From positions 3,825 to 67,824 of the forward strand of contig JAJCXT010000008.1 in assembly GCA_029263295.1 (NCBI GenBank): a stretch of DNA of 64,000 nucleotides. Direction: 5' to 3'. The stretch is from Acidobacteriota bacterium (GTDB lineage: Bacteria; Acidobacteriota; UBA890; WLXD01). The position numbers and the translations under genes are program-made. The notes under the pieces are model-generated. The model saw nothing but the letters and a program-made list of their open reading frames with translations. It made no database searches and was not told the DNA's origin. Each line of letters begins with the position of its first letter. The first letter of the stretch is position 1. This document shows, one piece after another, positions 37,164-47,131 of this stretch.

Positions 37164-37385
37164 GATGATGAGGCCCAGGGGGAGGGGTCTGAGGCTTCGG
37201 CCGCAGCGAATCACGACCGAGCATGCTGGCCTGCTAGGTTAGCCTGAGTTGCCCCCCGGAAACGGTCGCGCCTGGCCGCTCACTTCACGGCCTGCCTACC
37301 TCCGGAGCTACCATGGCCCTCAAGTCAGTCGGCTTCGCCCGCCGCCCCGCCCGGCAGTAGCCGGGCGAGGCAGGACCGAAAGTGG

Positions 37386-39278
37386 CTACCAGACGCGGAG
37401 CTCGTCGACCTGGAACGCGAAATCTCCGGGATCGGTGCCCGAGAACAAGATCGCTTGCAGTCCGCTCGCCTCGATGCCGGCGAAGTCTGCAAAGGCCAGC
37501 GTGTGTTCGGTCCACTCGGTCGTGACGGGCACGATCTTTAAAGAAGGCGCCTGCCCGAGACTCTGCGCGAACAGCATGATGGCGATGGTGGCGCCATCCC
37601 CACGAACCCAGAATGAGAACCCCTCGTGCGCAGACATGTCCGCGGGAGCGAACTGCTGGATACCGGGGAAGAACATGGGCCCGGCCCAGGCCGCCGGCCC
37701 GGCGCCGCTCACTATCGTCCCCGCAACACGCATCGACATATTCGTGTCGGCCGCGCCGCCCTCGACGGTGCTCATCTCGCCGGTCGAAGACCCGCCGATC
37801 ATCGAGTCGGTGGACATCATCCAGCCGGCTCCGAAGCTGCCGCCGATCTCGCCGTCCTCGAAGCCGGTGATGAGGCCGTCCTCGTTCACCTGCGCCTGCT
37901 CCGCCGGCTCCTTCGACGCCTCCACCTCGGCCCGGTAGTCATCACGAGCTGCCTCGACCCCCTGCTTCCACACACCGACGATCTCGCGGCTCGCGGTCAC
38001 GTCATAGTCGGGTTCGCCCTTGACGAGAACCAGGTCGGCGCGCAGACCCACGGCGACCCGACCACGGTCGTCGATTCCAAACGCGGCAACCGGACCCGCG
38101 GTCGCCGCTGTCAGAGCTTCCTCCGCCGACAGCCCTGCACGCACCAGCAACTCCAACTCGCGGTGCATGCTGGCACCATGCGCGGTGCCTGGATTCGGAG
38201 CGTCCGTACCGGCGAGAATCGGGACACCGGCCGCGTGCAATCTCGAAATCGTTGTCAGCGCGTTGTCGAACAACTGTGCGCGCCCCTCGGCAAACGGGAA
38301 CCCGTTCTCGAGCCCGGTGCGCTCACTGCCCGCAATATCGGGGGCCAGGCGCTCGTCGGCGCGGATCTCCGCGCCGCCGGCACCGCCGCCGACACTCTCG
38401 AGCACCGACAGCGTCGGAATCACGAACGCGCCGCTGGCGCTGATCCTGGCTACCGCTTCATCACTCGCCGGCTGGTCATAGAACACGTGGGCGATGCCAT
38501 CGGCGCCCGCGTCGATCACCGCCAGTGCGTCGGCCTCGCGACCGACGTGAACCACCGCCAGAAGGTCGCGTTCGTGAGCGGCCTCGATAAGCGCAGCGAT
38601 GGTCGGCAGGTCAAGAGTGGTGAACTGGCGTCCGATCGATCCGTTGTCGTAGACGATCTTGATGTAGTCGGACCCCTCGTCGACCCGCGCCTGCACCCAG
38701 GCGTCGGCCTCCTCCGGCGAGGTCAGCGTCGGGATCTCCATCCCGTACTCCGTACCGTGACCGCCGGGCGTGGTTGCCAGGACGCCGGCCGAGAACAGAT
38801 CCGCTCGTCCGGTTGCCTCGCCGCGCTCCTGCTCGGCGCGCAGCACGGCCGCCCCGTTGGGCCCGGTGAACATATCCAGCTCAGTGGTGACGCCGACCAT
38901 CAGCGCTGCGCGAAGGACGGGGCCAAATGCGTGAGTGTGCGCGTCGATCAGCCCCGGCATGAGGGTCTTCCCGTCGCCATCGACCACGCGCACACCCGCT
39001 GGCGTCTCCAACTGTTGCCCGATGGCGGCGATCCTTCCGTCGGCGATCAGCACATCGGTCGCGGGGAGCGTCGTCTTGCCGTCGAAAACGCGCACGCCGC
39101 GGAACAGCGTCGGCGCGGGGTCGTCTACCGCGCGAACCGTCGCCTCGGCGGTGGCGGTGCTGAACCACGCGCCGCCAGCGGTGCCGCGCACCACGTCGGC
39201 TGAGCCCAGCACGAGGAAGAGCGCGAGAAGAAACCCGCCAAGGCTGCGAAGCGTGTAGTCGCCGGACTGAGCGTTCAT
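37386..39278 (-). CDS. Secreted amidohydrolase with C-terminal CIA30/CBM11-like domain
   Basis: PGLIDAHTH, IKIV, VVH, IAH, AGTDAP metal ligands; RADLVLV; C-terminal GWMMSTDSMIGGSS..FWVRGDG domain. Confidence 0.88.
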   Translation of the reverse strand: MNAQSGDYTLRSLGGFLLALFLVLGSADVVRGTAGGAWFSTATAEATVRAVDDPAPTLFRGVRVFDGKTTLPATDVLIADGRIAAIGQQLETPAGVRVVDGDGKTLMPGLIDAHTHAFGPVLRAALMVGVTTELDMFTGPNGAAVLRAEQERGEATGRADLFSAGVLATTPGGHGTEYGMEIPTLTSPEEADAWVQARVDEGSDYIKIVYDNGSIGRQFTTLDLPTIAALIEAAHERDLLAVVHVGREADALAVIDAGADGIAHVFYDQPASDEAVARISASGAFVIPTLSVLESVGGGAGGAEIRADERLAPDIAGSERTGLENGFPFAEGRAQLFDNALTTISRLHAAGVPILAGTDAPNPGTAHGASMHRELELLVRAGLSAEEALTAATAGPVAAFGIDDRGRVAVGLRADLVLVKGEPDYDVTASREIVGVWKQGVEAARDDYRAEVEASKEPAEQAQVNEDGLITGFEDGEIGGSFGAGWMMSTDSMIGGSSTGEMSTVEGGAADTNMSMRVAGTIVSGAGPAAWAGPMFFPGIQQFAPADMSAHEGFSFWVRGDGATIAIMLFAQSLGQAPSLKIVPVTTEWTEHTLAFADFAGIEASGLQAILFSGTDPGDFAFQVDELRVW

Positions 39279-39477
39279 GCCGAATCTCCAAGGGAAGAAA
39301 GGACGCGATTATCCGGGCGACCGGCGTGTCCCGGCAACGGCGAAAACCGCGGCCGGGCGGCGCGGCGGGTGAGCGGTCCGTTACTGGCACCGAGCGGCGG
39401 ACACGTCGGCCAGCGGCTCCTGGCCTCGTTCACGACCCCGCGGCGGAAGAAGCGCCGCGCCGACCACGATCAATCTG

Positions 39478-40149
39478 TTACCAGATTCGCAACTCGTCGA
39501 TCTGATACTCGAAGTCGCCGGGCTCCGCGCCTGAGAAGGAGATCGCGTTTATCCCATCGGCTTCCACCATGTCGAAGTCGGAAAAAGCCACCCTGTGCTC
39601 CGTCCACGCGTCGGTGGTCGGCAGCAACAACCTCGAGGGTGCGTCCTGGAGATTCAGTGAGAATAGTCCGACGGCGACCTGAGCCCCGTCGCCACGCAGC
39701 CAAAACGAGATCCCCTCGTAAGCCGACAGGTTGGCCCGCGCGAACTGCCGTCGACCCGGCGAGAACACGGGTCCGGCCCACGAGGGCTCACCCGGGCGCG
39801 GAGTGAGCGTGCCCACAACCCGCAGCGACAGGCTGGAATCGGCCGCGCCATCTTCGACGACCGTCACCTCGGCTACGGAGGCGCCACCAGCGCTGCTGTC
39901 AGTGGCGATGTGCCAGCCGGCCCCAAAGGTGGCGCTCATCTCGCCGTCCTCGAACCCGGCGATGAGCCCGTCCGGGATTACCGGCACACGCGGTCCGCGC
40001 CGTTGCGCCTTGACCCGAGATCGATGCCCAGTTTCGGCGGCACCGGCTGTGTCCCATCGAGCATAGCCCGCGATACCGGCCAGCAACAGGATCGCGAGCA
40101 ACCCGAGGTTGGCAATACGCAGGATTCCCGTTCTCGCCAGCTTGTCCAT
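39478..40149 (-). CDS. Membrane-anchored or exported stand-alone CIA30/CBM11-like protein
   Basis: N-terminal hydrophobic segment, then a domain that aligns end to end with the C-terminal domain of the adjacent amidohydrolase. Confidence 0.8.
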   Translation of the reverse strand: MDKLARTGILRIANLGLLAILLLAGIAGYARWDTAGAAETGHRSRVKAQRRGPRVPVIPDGLIAGFEDGEMSATFGAGWHIATDSSAGGASVAEVTVVEDGAADSSLSLRVVGTLTPRPGEPSWAGPVFSPGRRQFARANLSAYEGISFWLRGDGAQVAVGLFSLNLQDAPSRLLLPTTDAWTEHRVAFSDFDMVEADGINAISFSGAEPGDFEYQIDELRIW

Positions 40150-40202
40150 GTTCGACCTCGGTTGAGAGGCGCGCCCCGACAAGCGCCCGAGCGCCCCGCG
40201 TG

Positions 40203-40697
40203 TCAGATGGCCGCCATCGCGGCGTCGTAGTTCGGTTCCTGAACGATCTCCGGTACGAGTTCCGTGTACTTCACCGTCCCGTCTCCGGCGATGACGACCA
40301 CCGCGCGGCCCAAGACGCCAGCCAGGGGCCCGTCGACGATGCGCACGCCGTAATCGTCGCCGAACTCAGCGTGGCGAAAGGACGACAACGTTTTCACGTT
40401 CTCGATGCCCTCTGCGCCGCAGAAGCGAGCCTGCGCGAAGGGGAGGTCGGCGGAAACACACAGCACCGTGGCATTCCGGTCGGCGGCCAATTGATTGAAT
40501 TGTCGCACCGAGGTAGCGCAAACGGGCGTATCCAGGCTGGGGAAGATATTCAGCACAACGGTCTTGCCTGCGTAATCCGTCAGCCCGCTCTCGCCCAACT
40601 CTGCGCTGGTAAGCGTGAACGCGGGCGCCGCAGCGCCGACCGCCGGAAGATCGCCAACAGTGTTGATCGGGCTGCCTTTCAATGTGATCTGGGCCAT
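40203..40697 (-). CDS. tpx: Thiol peroxidase (atypical 2-Cys peroxiredoxin)
   Basis: MAQITLKG; FPSLDTPVC; SADLPFAQARFCGAEG; EPNYDAA. Confidence 0.95.
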   Translation of the reverse strand: MAQITLKGSPINTVGDLPAVGAAAPAFTLTSAELGESGLTDYAGKTVVLNIFPSLDTPVCATSVRQFNQLAADRNATVLCVSADLPFAQARFCGAEGIENVKTLSSFRHAEFGDDYGVRIVDGPLAGVLGRAVVVIAGDGTVKYTELVPEIVQEPNYDAAMAAI

Positions 40698-41012
40698 TCG
40701 TGAGACTCCGGGTTTAGTGTGACGATCGCGTCCACTTGAAGGTCTGGTTGGGGTGGCGGGCATCCCGACACCGCTCTTCTTTCTACACCGAAGCGCGCCG
40801 CTGTGCCCGCAGAAGCTGACTGAGCATCCGAGGTCGGCTGCCGGCCGAAGTGTACTACCCGATGCTGGACCGACCCCGAGCTCGACGGTTCTGTCTGTCG
40901 GTTCCCTGAGCCACTCGTGAGTTGGGTCACACGTTCGTCTTGATCATGGAACGCAGAGCCTACAAAGTAGACTGCCATGGAAGGAACGATAAGGTCCCCC
41001 ACTACGCTGACC

Positions 41013-42005
41013 ATGCGCCCCATGGTCCTGTTGGCCGTGGTGACGCTGCTCGCAACCGCAGCTGCGACCTCGACGCATGCGGCTCAGACAGAGGGACCGC
41101 CGGCAACGCACAAAGAAGCCGTGGCGGCGTTCCTAGCGGGCGACCTGGTGCGCGCTCTCGATCTGTTCGAGACACTGGCAGGCTTCGATCCGAGTGACGG
41201 CTGGGCGCCCCTGTACGTGGGACGGATCGCAATCGAGATGGGCCAATGGGACGTCGCGGTCGCGAGTCTCGAGCGAGCGATCGAGCTCGGTCCGGTGCGA
41301 CCGAGCGCACATGCGTACGCAGGAGAGGCCTATGTCGGCAAACTCGACACGGTGGGCATGTTCAGCAAGCTCGGCTGGGCGAAGAAGGCGCGTGCGGCGT
41401 TCCTGCTCGCGGTCGAGCTCGAACCTGACAACCTCGAGTCACGCCGAATGCTGATGGAGTTCTACGTATTCGCTCCCGGAATCGCAGGTGGCAGCATCGC
41501 GAAGGCCAGCGAGTTAGCCGAACAGATCGCGTCCCAGGACCCGTTGCAGGGCCACCTCGCCTGGGCGCAGATTCACGAATCATCGGAGCGACTCGACCTG
41601 GTCCGTAATGACCTGCGTGCGGCCATCGAGCTGAGCCCCGACGATGTCGGGCTACGGCTGCGGCTCGCGATCCAGCTGCACCAGGCCCGACGCTTCGAGG
41701 AAGCGTGGAGCAACCTCGCTGCGGCGCTCGCATCAACCCCCGACCACCCCCAGGTCTTGTACCAGCAAGGTCGTACCGCCGCGCTGTCGGGCAAGCATCT
41801 GGAGGATGGCGGCGCGGCGCTCGAGCGATACCTCGCGACGGCTGGTAGCAGCCCTCCGCTGAGTCTCACGTGGGCCTGGTACCGACTGGGGCAGGTACGC
41901 CAGCACCAGGGCAACCCAGAGTCGGCGCGCTTGGCTTTCGAAGAAGCCCTGAAGCTCGACCCCGAGCACGACGGCGCCCGCGACGCCATCAAGAACCTGC
42001 GCTAG
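41013..42005 (+). CDS. Secreted tetratricopeptide repeat protein
   Basis: Signal peptide; repeated TPR motifs (AIELGP, AVELEP, ALKLDP); APGIAGGS. Start 40977-41022 uncertain. Confidence 0.85.
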   Translation: MRPMVLLAVVTLLATAAATSTHAAQTEGPPATHKEAVAAFLAGDLVRALDLFETLAGFDPSDGWAPLYVGRIAIEMGQWDVAVASLERAIELGPVRPSAHAYAGEAYVGKLDTVGMFSKLGWAKKARAAFLLAVELEPDNLESRRMLMEFYVFAPGIAGGSIAKASELAEQIASQDPLQGHLAWAQIHESSERLDLVRNDLRAAIELSPDDVGLRLRLAIQLHQARRFEEAWSNLAAALASTPDHPQVLYQQGRTAALSGKHLEDGGAALERYLATAGSSPPLSLTWAWYRLGQVRQHQGNPESARLAFEEALKLDPEHDGARDAIKNLR

Positions 42006-42047
42006 CGGTTCGTGACAGCAAGAACGGCCTGACTATCCGCCGAGTTC

Positions 42048-42806
42048 TCAGGTGCGAAGGTATGAGGCACCGTTGGCATCGATCACGCAGCCCGTCAGGT
42101 AGCCGATTCCTTCGCTCGCCAGGAAGGCCACCGCGCGCGCGATCTCCGATGGTTCAGCGACGCGGTTGAGCGGGCTCTGCGCACGAATCCCGTCTCCTTC
42201 CGAGCCCCCGAGCAGGTCCGCGGCCATCTCCGTGGCGACGAACCCCGGAGCCACGACACCGACAAATATGCCGTGCGGCGCCAGTGCCTTGGCAAAGGAT
42301 TGGCTCAGCGAGTTGAGTCCGGCTTTGCTGGCGCCATACGCCGAGGCGTCGGGCTCGCCACGGAACGCGCCGCGCGAGGAGACGTTGATGATCTTGCCGC
42401 CGCCGTTCTCGACCATGCGGCGCGACGCGCAATACATGAGGTTGGCCGGGCCGATCAGATTCGTGGCGAGCGTGCTCTGCCATGCCTGCTGCCAGTCCGC
42501 ATAGTCGACTTCCAGCACGTTGTGCAGGTCGTAGATCCCCGCGTTGTTCACCAGCACATCCAGCCCACCGAGAGCCTCGGCAGCGTCATCGATCAGACCG
42601 CGACACGCGTCGGCACCCGCAACATCCGCCTGCACAACCGCGTGCCCCGCGCCCGGCAGATCGGCCAGCGTCTTTTCGGCGGCCTGCTGATTCGAACAGT
42701 AGTGCACCGCCACGTGCGCCCCACCGGCGGCGAACTCCTGTGCGATAGCGCGACCGATGCCGCGCGAGGCTCCTGTCACCAACACTTTCTTGCCGTGGAA
42801 GTCCAT
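42048..42806 (-). CDS. SDR family NAD(P)-dependent oxidoreductase
   Basis: TGASRGIG, NNAGI, VSS, YGASK. Confidence 0.93.
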   Translation of the reverse strand: MDFHGKKVLVTGASRGIGRAIAQEFAAGGAHVAVHYCSNQQAAEKTLADLPGAGHAVVQADVAGADACRGLIDDAAEALGGLDVLVNNAGIYDLHNVLEVDYADWQQAWQSTLATNLIGPANLMYCASRRMVENGGGKIINVSSRGAFRGEPDASAYGASKAGLNSLSQSFAKALAPHGIFVGVVAPGFVATEMAADLLGGSEGDGIRAQSPLNRVAEPSEIARAVAFLASEGIGYLTGCVIDANGASYLRT

Positions 42807-42941
42807 ATGATCCTGCTTGCTGCCCGGGCGTGAAACAATCTGTCGGTCGGGCACGCGAAAATACTGTGCCCAAGGGAACTCTGTGCGCGTCCGAAGCGTA
42901 TCCCAAGGAAACCATCAGACTCTCACCACGGACTGCAAGAC

Positions 42942-43364
42942 ATGGCGACCAACAAGTTACTCGGCTGCTTGGGCTTCATCGTTGGCGCCATAGTCACCGT
43001 GATCGTCGGCTGGATGGCGTTCGAGTTACTCATCGCGTTCCTGGCTGGGCTGCGCATAGAGGGTCTGTCAGCGTTCATCGATCCACTCTTGTGGCACAAA
43101 GCCGGCGAGCTGTTGATCATCGGACTCGCGATTCTCGGGATCTACGTATGGGTTTTTCGCGGTCCAGGACTCCCCCGCTTCGCCGCTACCACCCGCTATG
43201 TGTTCTGGGTCGGCGCGCTTCTCAATCTGGCCGCCTGGGGCATGTTCCCGGCGGGATCGCGCTGGTCATGGTGGGCGGTGATCCTGGTCATCCTCGGGGT
43301 GTCGGTGCCAGCGATCCTCGCCCGTCTGGAGCCGCCAGCGGCGGAAACCCCGCCGGCCCCCTGA
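42942..43364 (+). CDS. Hypothetical membrane protein (about 4 TM)
   Basis: Hydrophobic ORF that fills the intergenic space. Confidence 0.65.
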   Translation: MATNKLLGCLGFIVGAIVTVIVGWMAFELLIAFLAGLRIEGLSAFIDPLLWHKAGELLIIGLAILGIYVWVFRGPGLPRFAATTRYVFWVGALLNLAAWGMFPAGSRWSWWAVILVILGVSVPAILARLEPPAAETPPAP

Positions 43365-43439
43365 CGGGGCTGCTGGCGGGATGCGTGATAGCGCCCCTTG
43401 CCGTACGACAACCGGCCCGACCGGTGACGACGTGACGCG

Positions 43440-43994
43440 ATGACACGCCTTCCACCCGTCGGGATCAGCCAGTGCCTGCTCGGCGAAACAGTACGTTACG
43501 ACGGTGGCCACAAGCGCGACGAGAACGTGCTGGCGTTCCTCGACGACCACTTCGATTGGGTGCCCGTGTGCCCGGAGGTCGAGGTGGGTATGGGCATCCC
43601 ACGCGAACCTGTCCAACTGATAGACGAGGCCGACAACGTGGCGCAGACCGAAGGGGTCCGGATGGTCGGCGAGCGATCGGGTCGAGACTGGACCGATCCG
43701 ATGCGAAACTACTCCGCGCAAAGGGCCGACGCGCTGGCGACTGGGCGGCTCTGCGGGTTCGTGTTCAAGAGCGGTTCGCCAAGCTGTGGCCTGACCGGGG
43801 TTGAACTCCGAGACAGTCAGGGCGATCCCACACGTACGGGAGTTGGGTTGTTCACGGAAGAGCTGAGACGACGAATGCCGAACCTGCCGGTGGTTGAAGA
43901 AGGGGAACTCGCGGACGCGGCTGCCCGCGAACGATTCATCAGCCGCGTCCGAGCCCACTGGCGACTGTTGGATCGAGGAGCAAAGGAATGGTGA
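43440..43994 (+). CDS. DUF523 (2-thiouracil desulfurase TudS-like) Fe-S protein
   Basis: GISQCLLGETVRYDGGHK, PVCPEVE, KSGSPSCG (three cluster Cys), GVGLF. Confidence 0.88.
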   Translation: MTRLPPVGISQCLLGETVRYDGGHKRDENVLAFLDDHFDWVPVCPEVEVGMGIPREPVQLIDEADNVAQTEGVRMVGERSGRDWTDPMRNYSAQRADALATGRLCGFVFKSGSPSCGLTGVELRDSQGDPTRTGVGLFTEELRRRMPNLPVVEEGELADAAARERFISRVRAHWRLLDRGAKEW

Positions 43995-46900
43995 GCGTCC
44001 TTCCGGGTCGGCCGAGCTTCGTCGCTGAAGACGCCGCGGCGCTGGCCAGTACGCTATTCGGCGCCCAGGGCTCGGCGGTCGAGTTGGTCAGCGAGCGAGA
44101 CCAGAACTTCGTCGTCGACACCGGCACCGCCCGCTTCGTGTTGAAGATAGCCAACAGCAACGAGGGCCACGATGCCCTCGAGTTGCAGCGAGCGCTCCTC
44201 GATCGTCTGCAGGGCACCGGCTACCTGGTACCCGAAGCTCTGCATACACCCGACGGGGACACGATCGTCGCCGCGGCGCATAACGGCACGGAGTACTTCG
44301 TCCGTCTGCTCACCTGGGTACCCGGCACTCCTCTGGCGGCGGTGCGGCCTCACACCGAGACCCTGCGGCGACAACTCGGTGCCCTCACAGGACAGGTCGC
44401 CGCAGCCTTCGCCGGGTTCGAGCACCCAGCTGCCAGGCGCCATCTCAAGTGGGATCTACAGCACGCCCCGGGGCGGATTCGCGAGCAACTGGGACAGATC
44501 GCATCCGGCAAGCATCGCGCGCTGCTCACGGCAACGCTGGAGCGCTTCGAGCAGAGCACCGTGCCGCTTCTCGGTGACTTGCGAACCGGCGTGATTCACA
44601 ACGACATCAACGATCACAACGTCTTGACGGGCGATATCTCTGTGGCTGGCGGCTGGCCCGAACGGCGGGTCACGGGCCTCATCGACGTGGGCGACGCGTT
44701 GCATGGATGGGTGGTGGCCGATCTGGCGATCGCCATCGCCTACGCCATCTTGGGGTACGACGACGTTCTCGGCGTGAGTCGTGACATAACGGCGGCATAC
44801 CACGGAGTATTCCCTCTCGAAGACGACGAGATCGCAGCACTGACCGGGCTGGTTTCCCTACGCCTGGCACTCAGCGTCGCTAACTCGGCCGAGCAGGCTG
44901 CGGCGGAGCCGGGCAACGACTACCTGACCGTGAGCGAGACGCCTGCGTGGATCGCGCTCGCGCATCTGGCCGCGATCGATCCCACGCTCGCCACCTGCCA
45001 TCTCCGGGCCGCCTGCGGGCTGGAAGCCTCCCCCAACGGCGCGGCCCTGCAGAGCTGGCTCGCAGCCACCGAGCTCCAGTTCGCCAGCGTGGTCGACGCC
45101 CCACTTGCGGGCCACGACGTCCACGTCTTCGATCTCGGCGTCGGTAGCACGGAGATGGGAATCGGCGCCCCAGGCGATTTCGTGACGGCGGACCTCAGCG
45201 ACATGTTGTTCGGCCATATGCGCGCCGCTGGCAAGACAGTCGGGCTCGGTCGCTACGACGAGGTGCGGTCGTGGTACGGCGGCGAGTTATTTGCCGCACC
45301 GAGCGACGAAGCTCCCCGTCGCCGCACCGTGCACGTCGGCGTTGACGTGTTCCTCGAACCTGGAGCAGCCGTATACGCGCCGCTCGCCGGCACAGTTATC
45401 AGTGCGGCCGTCAACGAGGGTCGGCTCGACTACGGCCCGACGCTGATTCTCGAGCACGAGCCCGAGGCCGGGCCGCGATTCTGGAGCCTGTACGGACACC
45501 TGACGGCGGACTCACTCGACAACATGGCGCCGGGACAACGGGTTGCCGGCGGCCAGCGCATCGCCGCCATCGGCGACTATCCGATAAACGGCGACTGGCC
45601 TCCGCATCTGCACTTTCAGCTGATCGCCGACAGACTCGACTACACCACGGACTTCCCGGGGGTCTGCGCGCCGCAGGACCGTGAGGTGTGGGCCAGCCTC
45701 AGCCCGGATCCAGGCCGAGTCCTGGGTCTCGATCAGGCGCAGGTCGCCCCGGTGGGAATGGCGGCCGCAGCGATCGCGAACCGCCGTCAATGGGTAATCG
45801 GGCCGTCACTGAGCATTTCCTACCGCCGACCACTGACTATCGTGCGCGGCTACCGGCAATACCTGTATGACATGGAGGGGCAGCCGTTCCTCGACGCGGT
45901 GAACAACGTGCCTCACGTGGGCCATTCGCACCCGCATGTGGTGGCTGCGGCGGCCGCCCAGAACGCGGTGCTAAACACCAATACTCGTTACCTGCACGAG
46001 AACATCGTGCGCTACGCGGAACGCCTTGCCGGCAGGCTGCCGGATCCGCTGGAGGTCTGCTACTTCGTCTGTTCGGGTAGCGAGGCGAACGAGTTGGCAA
46101 TCCGCATGGCCCGAACCGCCACGTCGCGTTGCGACATCGTTGCCCTTGATGGCGCGTACCACGGCAACACATCGACACTGATCGACATCAGCCCCTACAA
46201 GCACGCCGGCCAGGGCGGGCGCGGTGCCCCGAACTGGGCTCACATCGCCACCATGCCCGATCCGTACCGCGGCGAATTCGCCGGGCGAGAAGACGCAGGC
46301 GCTCTTTTTGCCGAAGACGTGCGCCGTTGCTGCGTCGATGCGGAGAGGAACGGAGGCGTCGCCGCGCTCATGGCCGAACCCCTGCTCGGTTGCGGCGGCC
46401 AGATCGTGCCGCCTACCGGCTACCTCGCCGCGGCGTTCGACCACGTTCGCGCCGCGGGTGGACTTTGCGTCGCCGACGAGGTGCAGGTCGGCTTCGGCCG
46501 TACTGGATCCCATTTCTGGGCCTTCGAGACACAATGCGTCGTGCCCGACATCGTGACCCTGGGCAAGCCCATCGGCAACGGATTCCCGTTGGCCGCGGTC
46601 GTCACGACACGCAAGATCGCCGACGACTTCGCCAACGGAATGGAGTACTTCAACACCTTCGGCGGCAGCCCGGTGGCCTGCGCTGTCGGCAACGCTGTGC
46701 TGGATGTCATCGAGCAGGAAGATCTACAGGCCAACGCCCTGACAGTTGGCACTCGCCTGCTCGAAGGTCTGGCCGAAATCGCGAGCCGCCACTCGATCAT
46801 CGGCGATGTTCGCGGCATCGGCCTGTACCTCGGCGCCGAGATGGTGCGCGACCCCGACACCAGGGAACCCGCGGCGGCCGAGGCGAACTACGTGATCAAC

Positions 46901-47050
46901 CGCATGCGCGACCATGGCATTCTGATCAGCACCGATGGTCCACACCACAATGTACTCAAGCTGAAGCCGCCCCTGTGCTTCAGGCTCGCCGACGCCGAAC
47001 GTTTCCTGGCTATCCTCGACCGGATCCTCGGCGAGAACTTCGTCTCTTGA
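43988..47050 (+). CDS. Fusion: aminoglycoside-phosphotransferase-like kinase + M23-like domain + class III PLP aminotransferase/phospho-lyase
   Basis: VLKIAN, HNDINDHN, IDVGD (kinase); HVGVD, LYGHL, PPHLHFQ (M23); SGSEANE, DEVQVGFGR, GKPIGNG (AT-III). Confidence 0.9.
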   Translation: MVSVLPGRPSFVAEDAAALASTLFGAQGSAVELVSERDQNFVVDTGTARFVLKIANSNEGHDALELQRALLDRLQGTGYLVPEALHTPDGDTIVAAAHNGTEYFVRLLTWVPGTPLAAVRPHTETLRRQLGALTGQVAAAFAGFEHPAARRHLKWDLQHAPGRIREQLGQIASGKHRALLTATLERFEQSTVPLLGDLRTGVIHNDINDHNVLTGDISVAGGWPERRVTGLIDVGDALHGWVVADLAIAIAYAILGYDDVLGVSRDITAAYHGVFPLEDDEIAALTGLVSLRLALSVANSAEQAAAEPGNDYLTVSETPAWIALAHLAAIDPTLATCHLRAACGLEASPNGAALQSWLAATELQFASVVDAPLAGHDVHVFDLGVGSTEMGIGAPGDFVTADLSDMLFGHMRAAGKTVGLGRYDEVRSWYGGELFAAPSDEAPRRRTVHVGVDVFLEPGAAVYAPLAGTVISAAVNEGRLDYGPTLILEHEPEAGPRFWSLYGHLTADSLDNMAPGQRVAGGQRIAAIGDYPINGDWPPHLHFQLIADRLDYTTDFPGVCAPQDREVWASLSPDPGRVLGLDQAQVAPVGMAAAAIANRRQWVIGPSLSISYRRPLTIVRGYRQYLYDMEGQPFLDAVNNVPHVGHSHPHVVAAAAAQNAVLNTNTRYLHENIVRYAERLAGRLPDPLEVCYFVCSGSEANELAIRMARTATSRCDIVALDGAYHGNTSTLIDISPYKHAGQGGRGAPNWAHIATMPDPYRGEFAGREDAGALFAEDVRRCCVDAERNGGVAALMAEPLLGCGGQIVPPTGYLAAAFDHVRAAGGLCVADEVQVGFGRTGSHFWAFETQCVVPDIVTLGKPIGNGFPLAAVVTTRKIADDFANGMEYFNTFGGSPVACAVGNAVLDVIEQEDLQANALTVGTRLLEGLAEIASRHSIIGDVRGIGLYLGAEMVRDPDTREPAAAEANYVINRMRDHGILISTDGPHHNVLKLKPPLCFRLADAERFLAILDRILGENFVS

Positions 47051-47074
47051 GTCCAGACATTTGTCTGCTATAGT
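47047..47074 (+). promoter_or_regulatory. Extended -10 promoter with a spacer palindrome
   Basis: TTGAGT-N16-TATAGT preceded by TGn; CAGACA-TT-TGTCTG (47054-47067) lies in the spacer. Confidence 0.5.
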
Positions 47075-47131
47075 CAAGCCGCTGAAGAACCGCCCACACC
47101 CGACTACCCCGAGACTTCTGGAGGCCACCCT

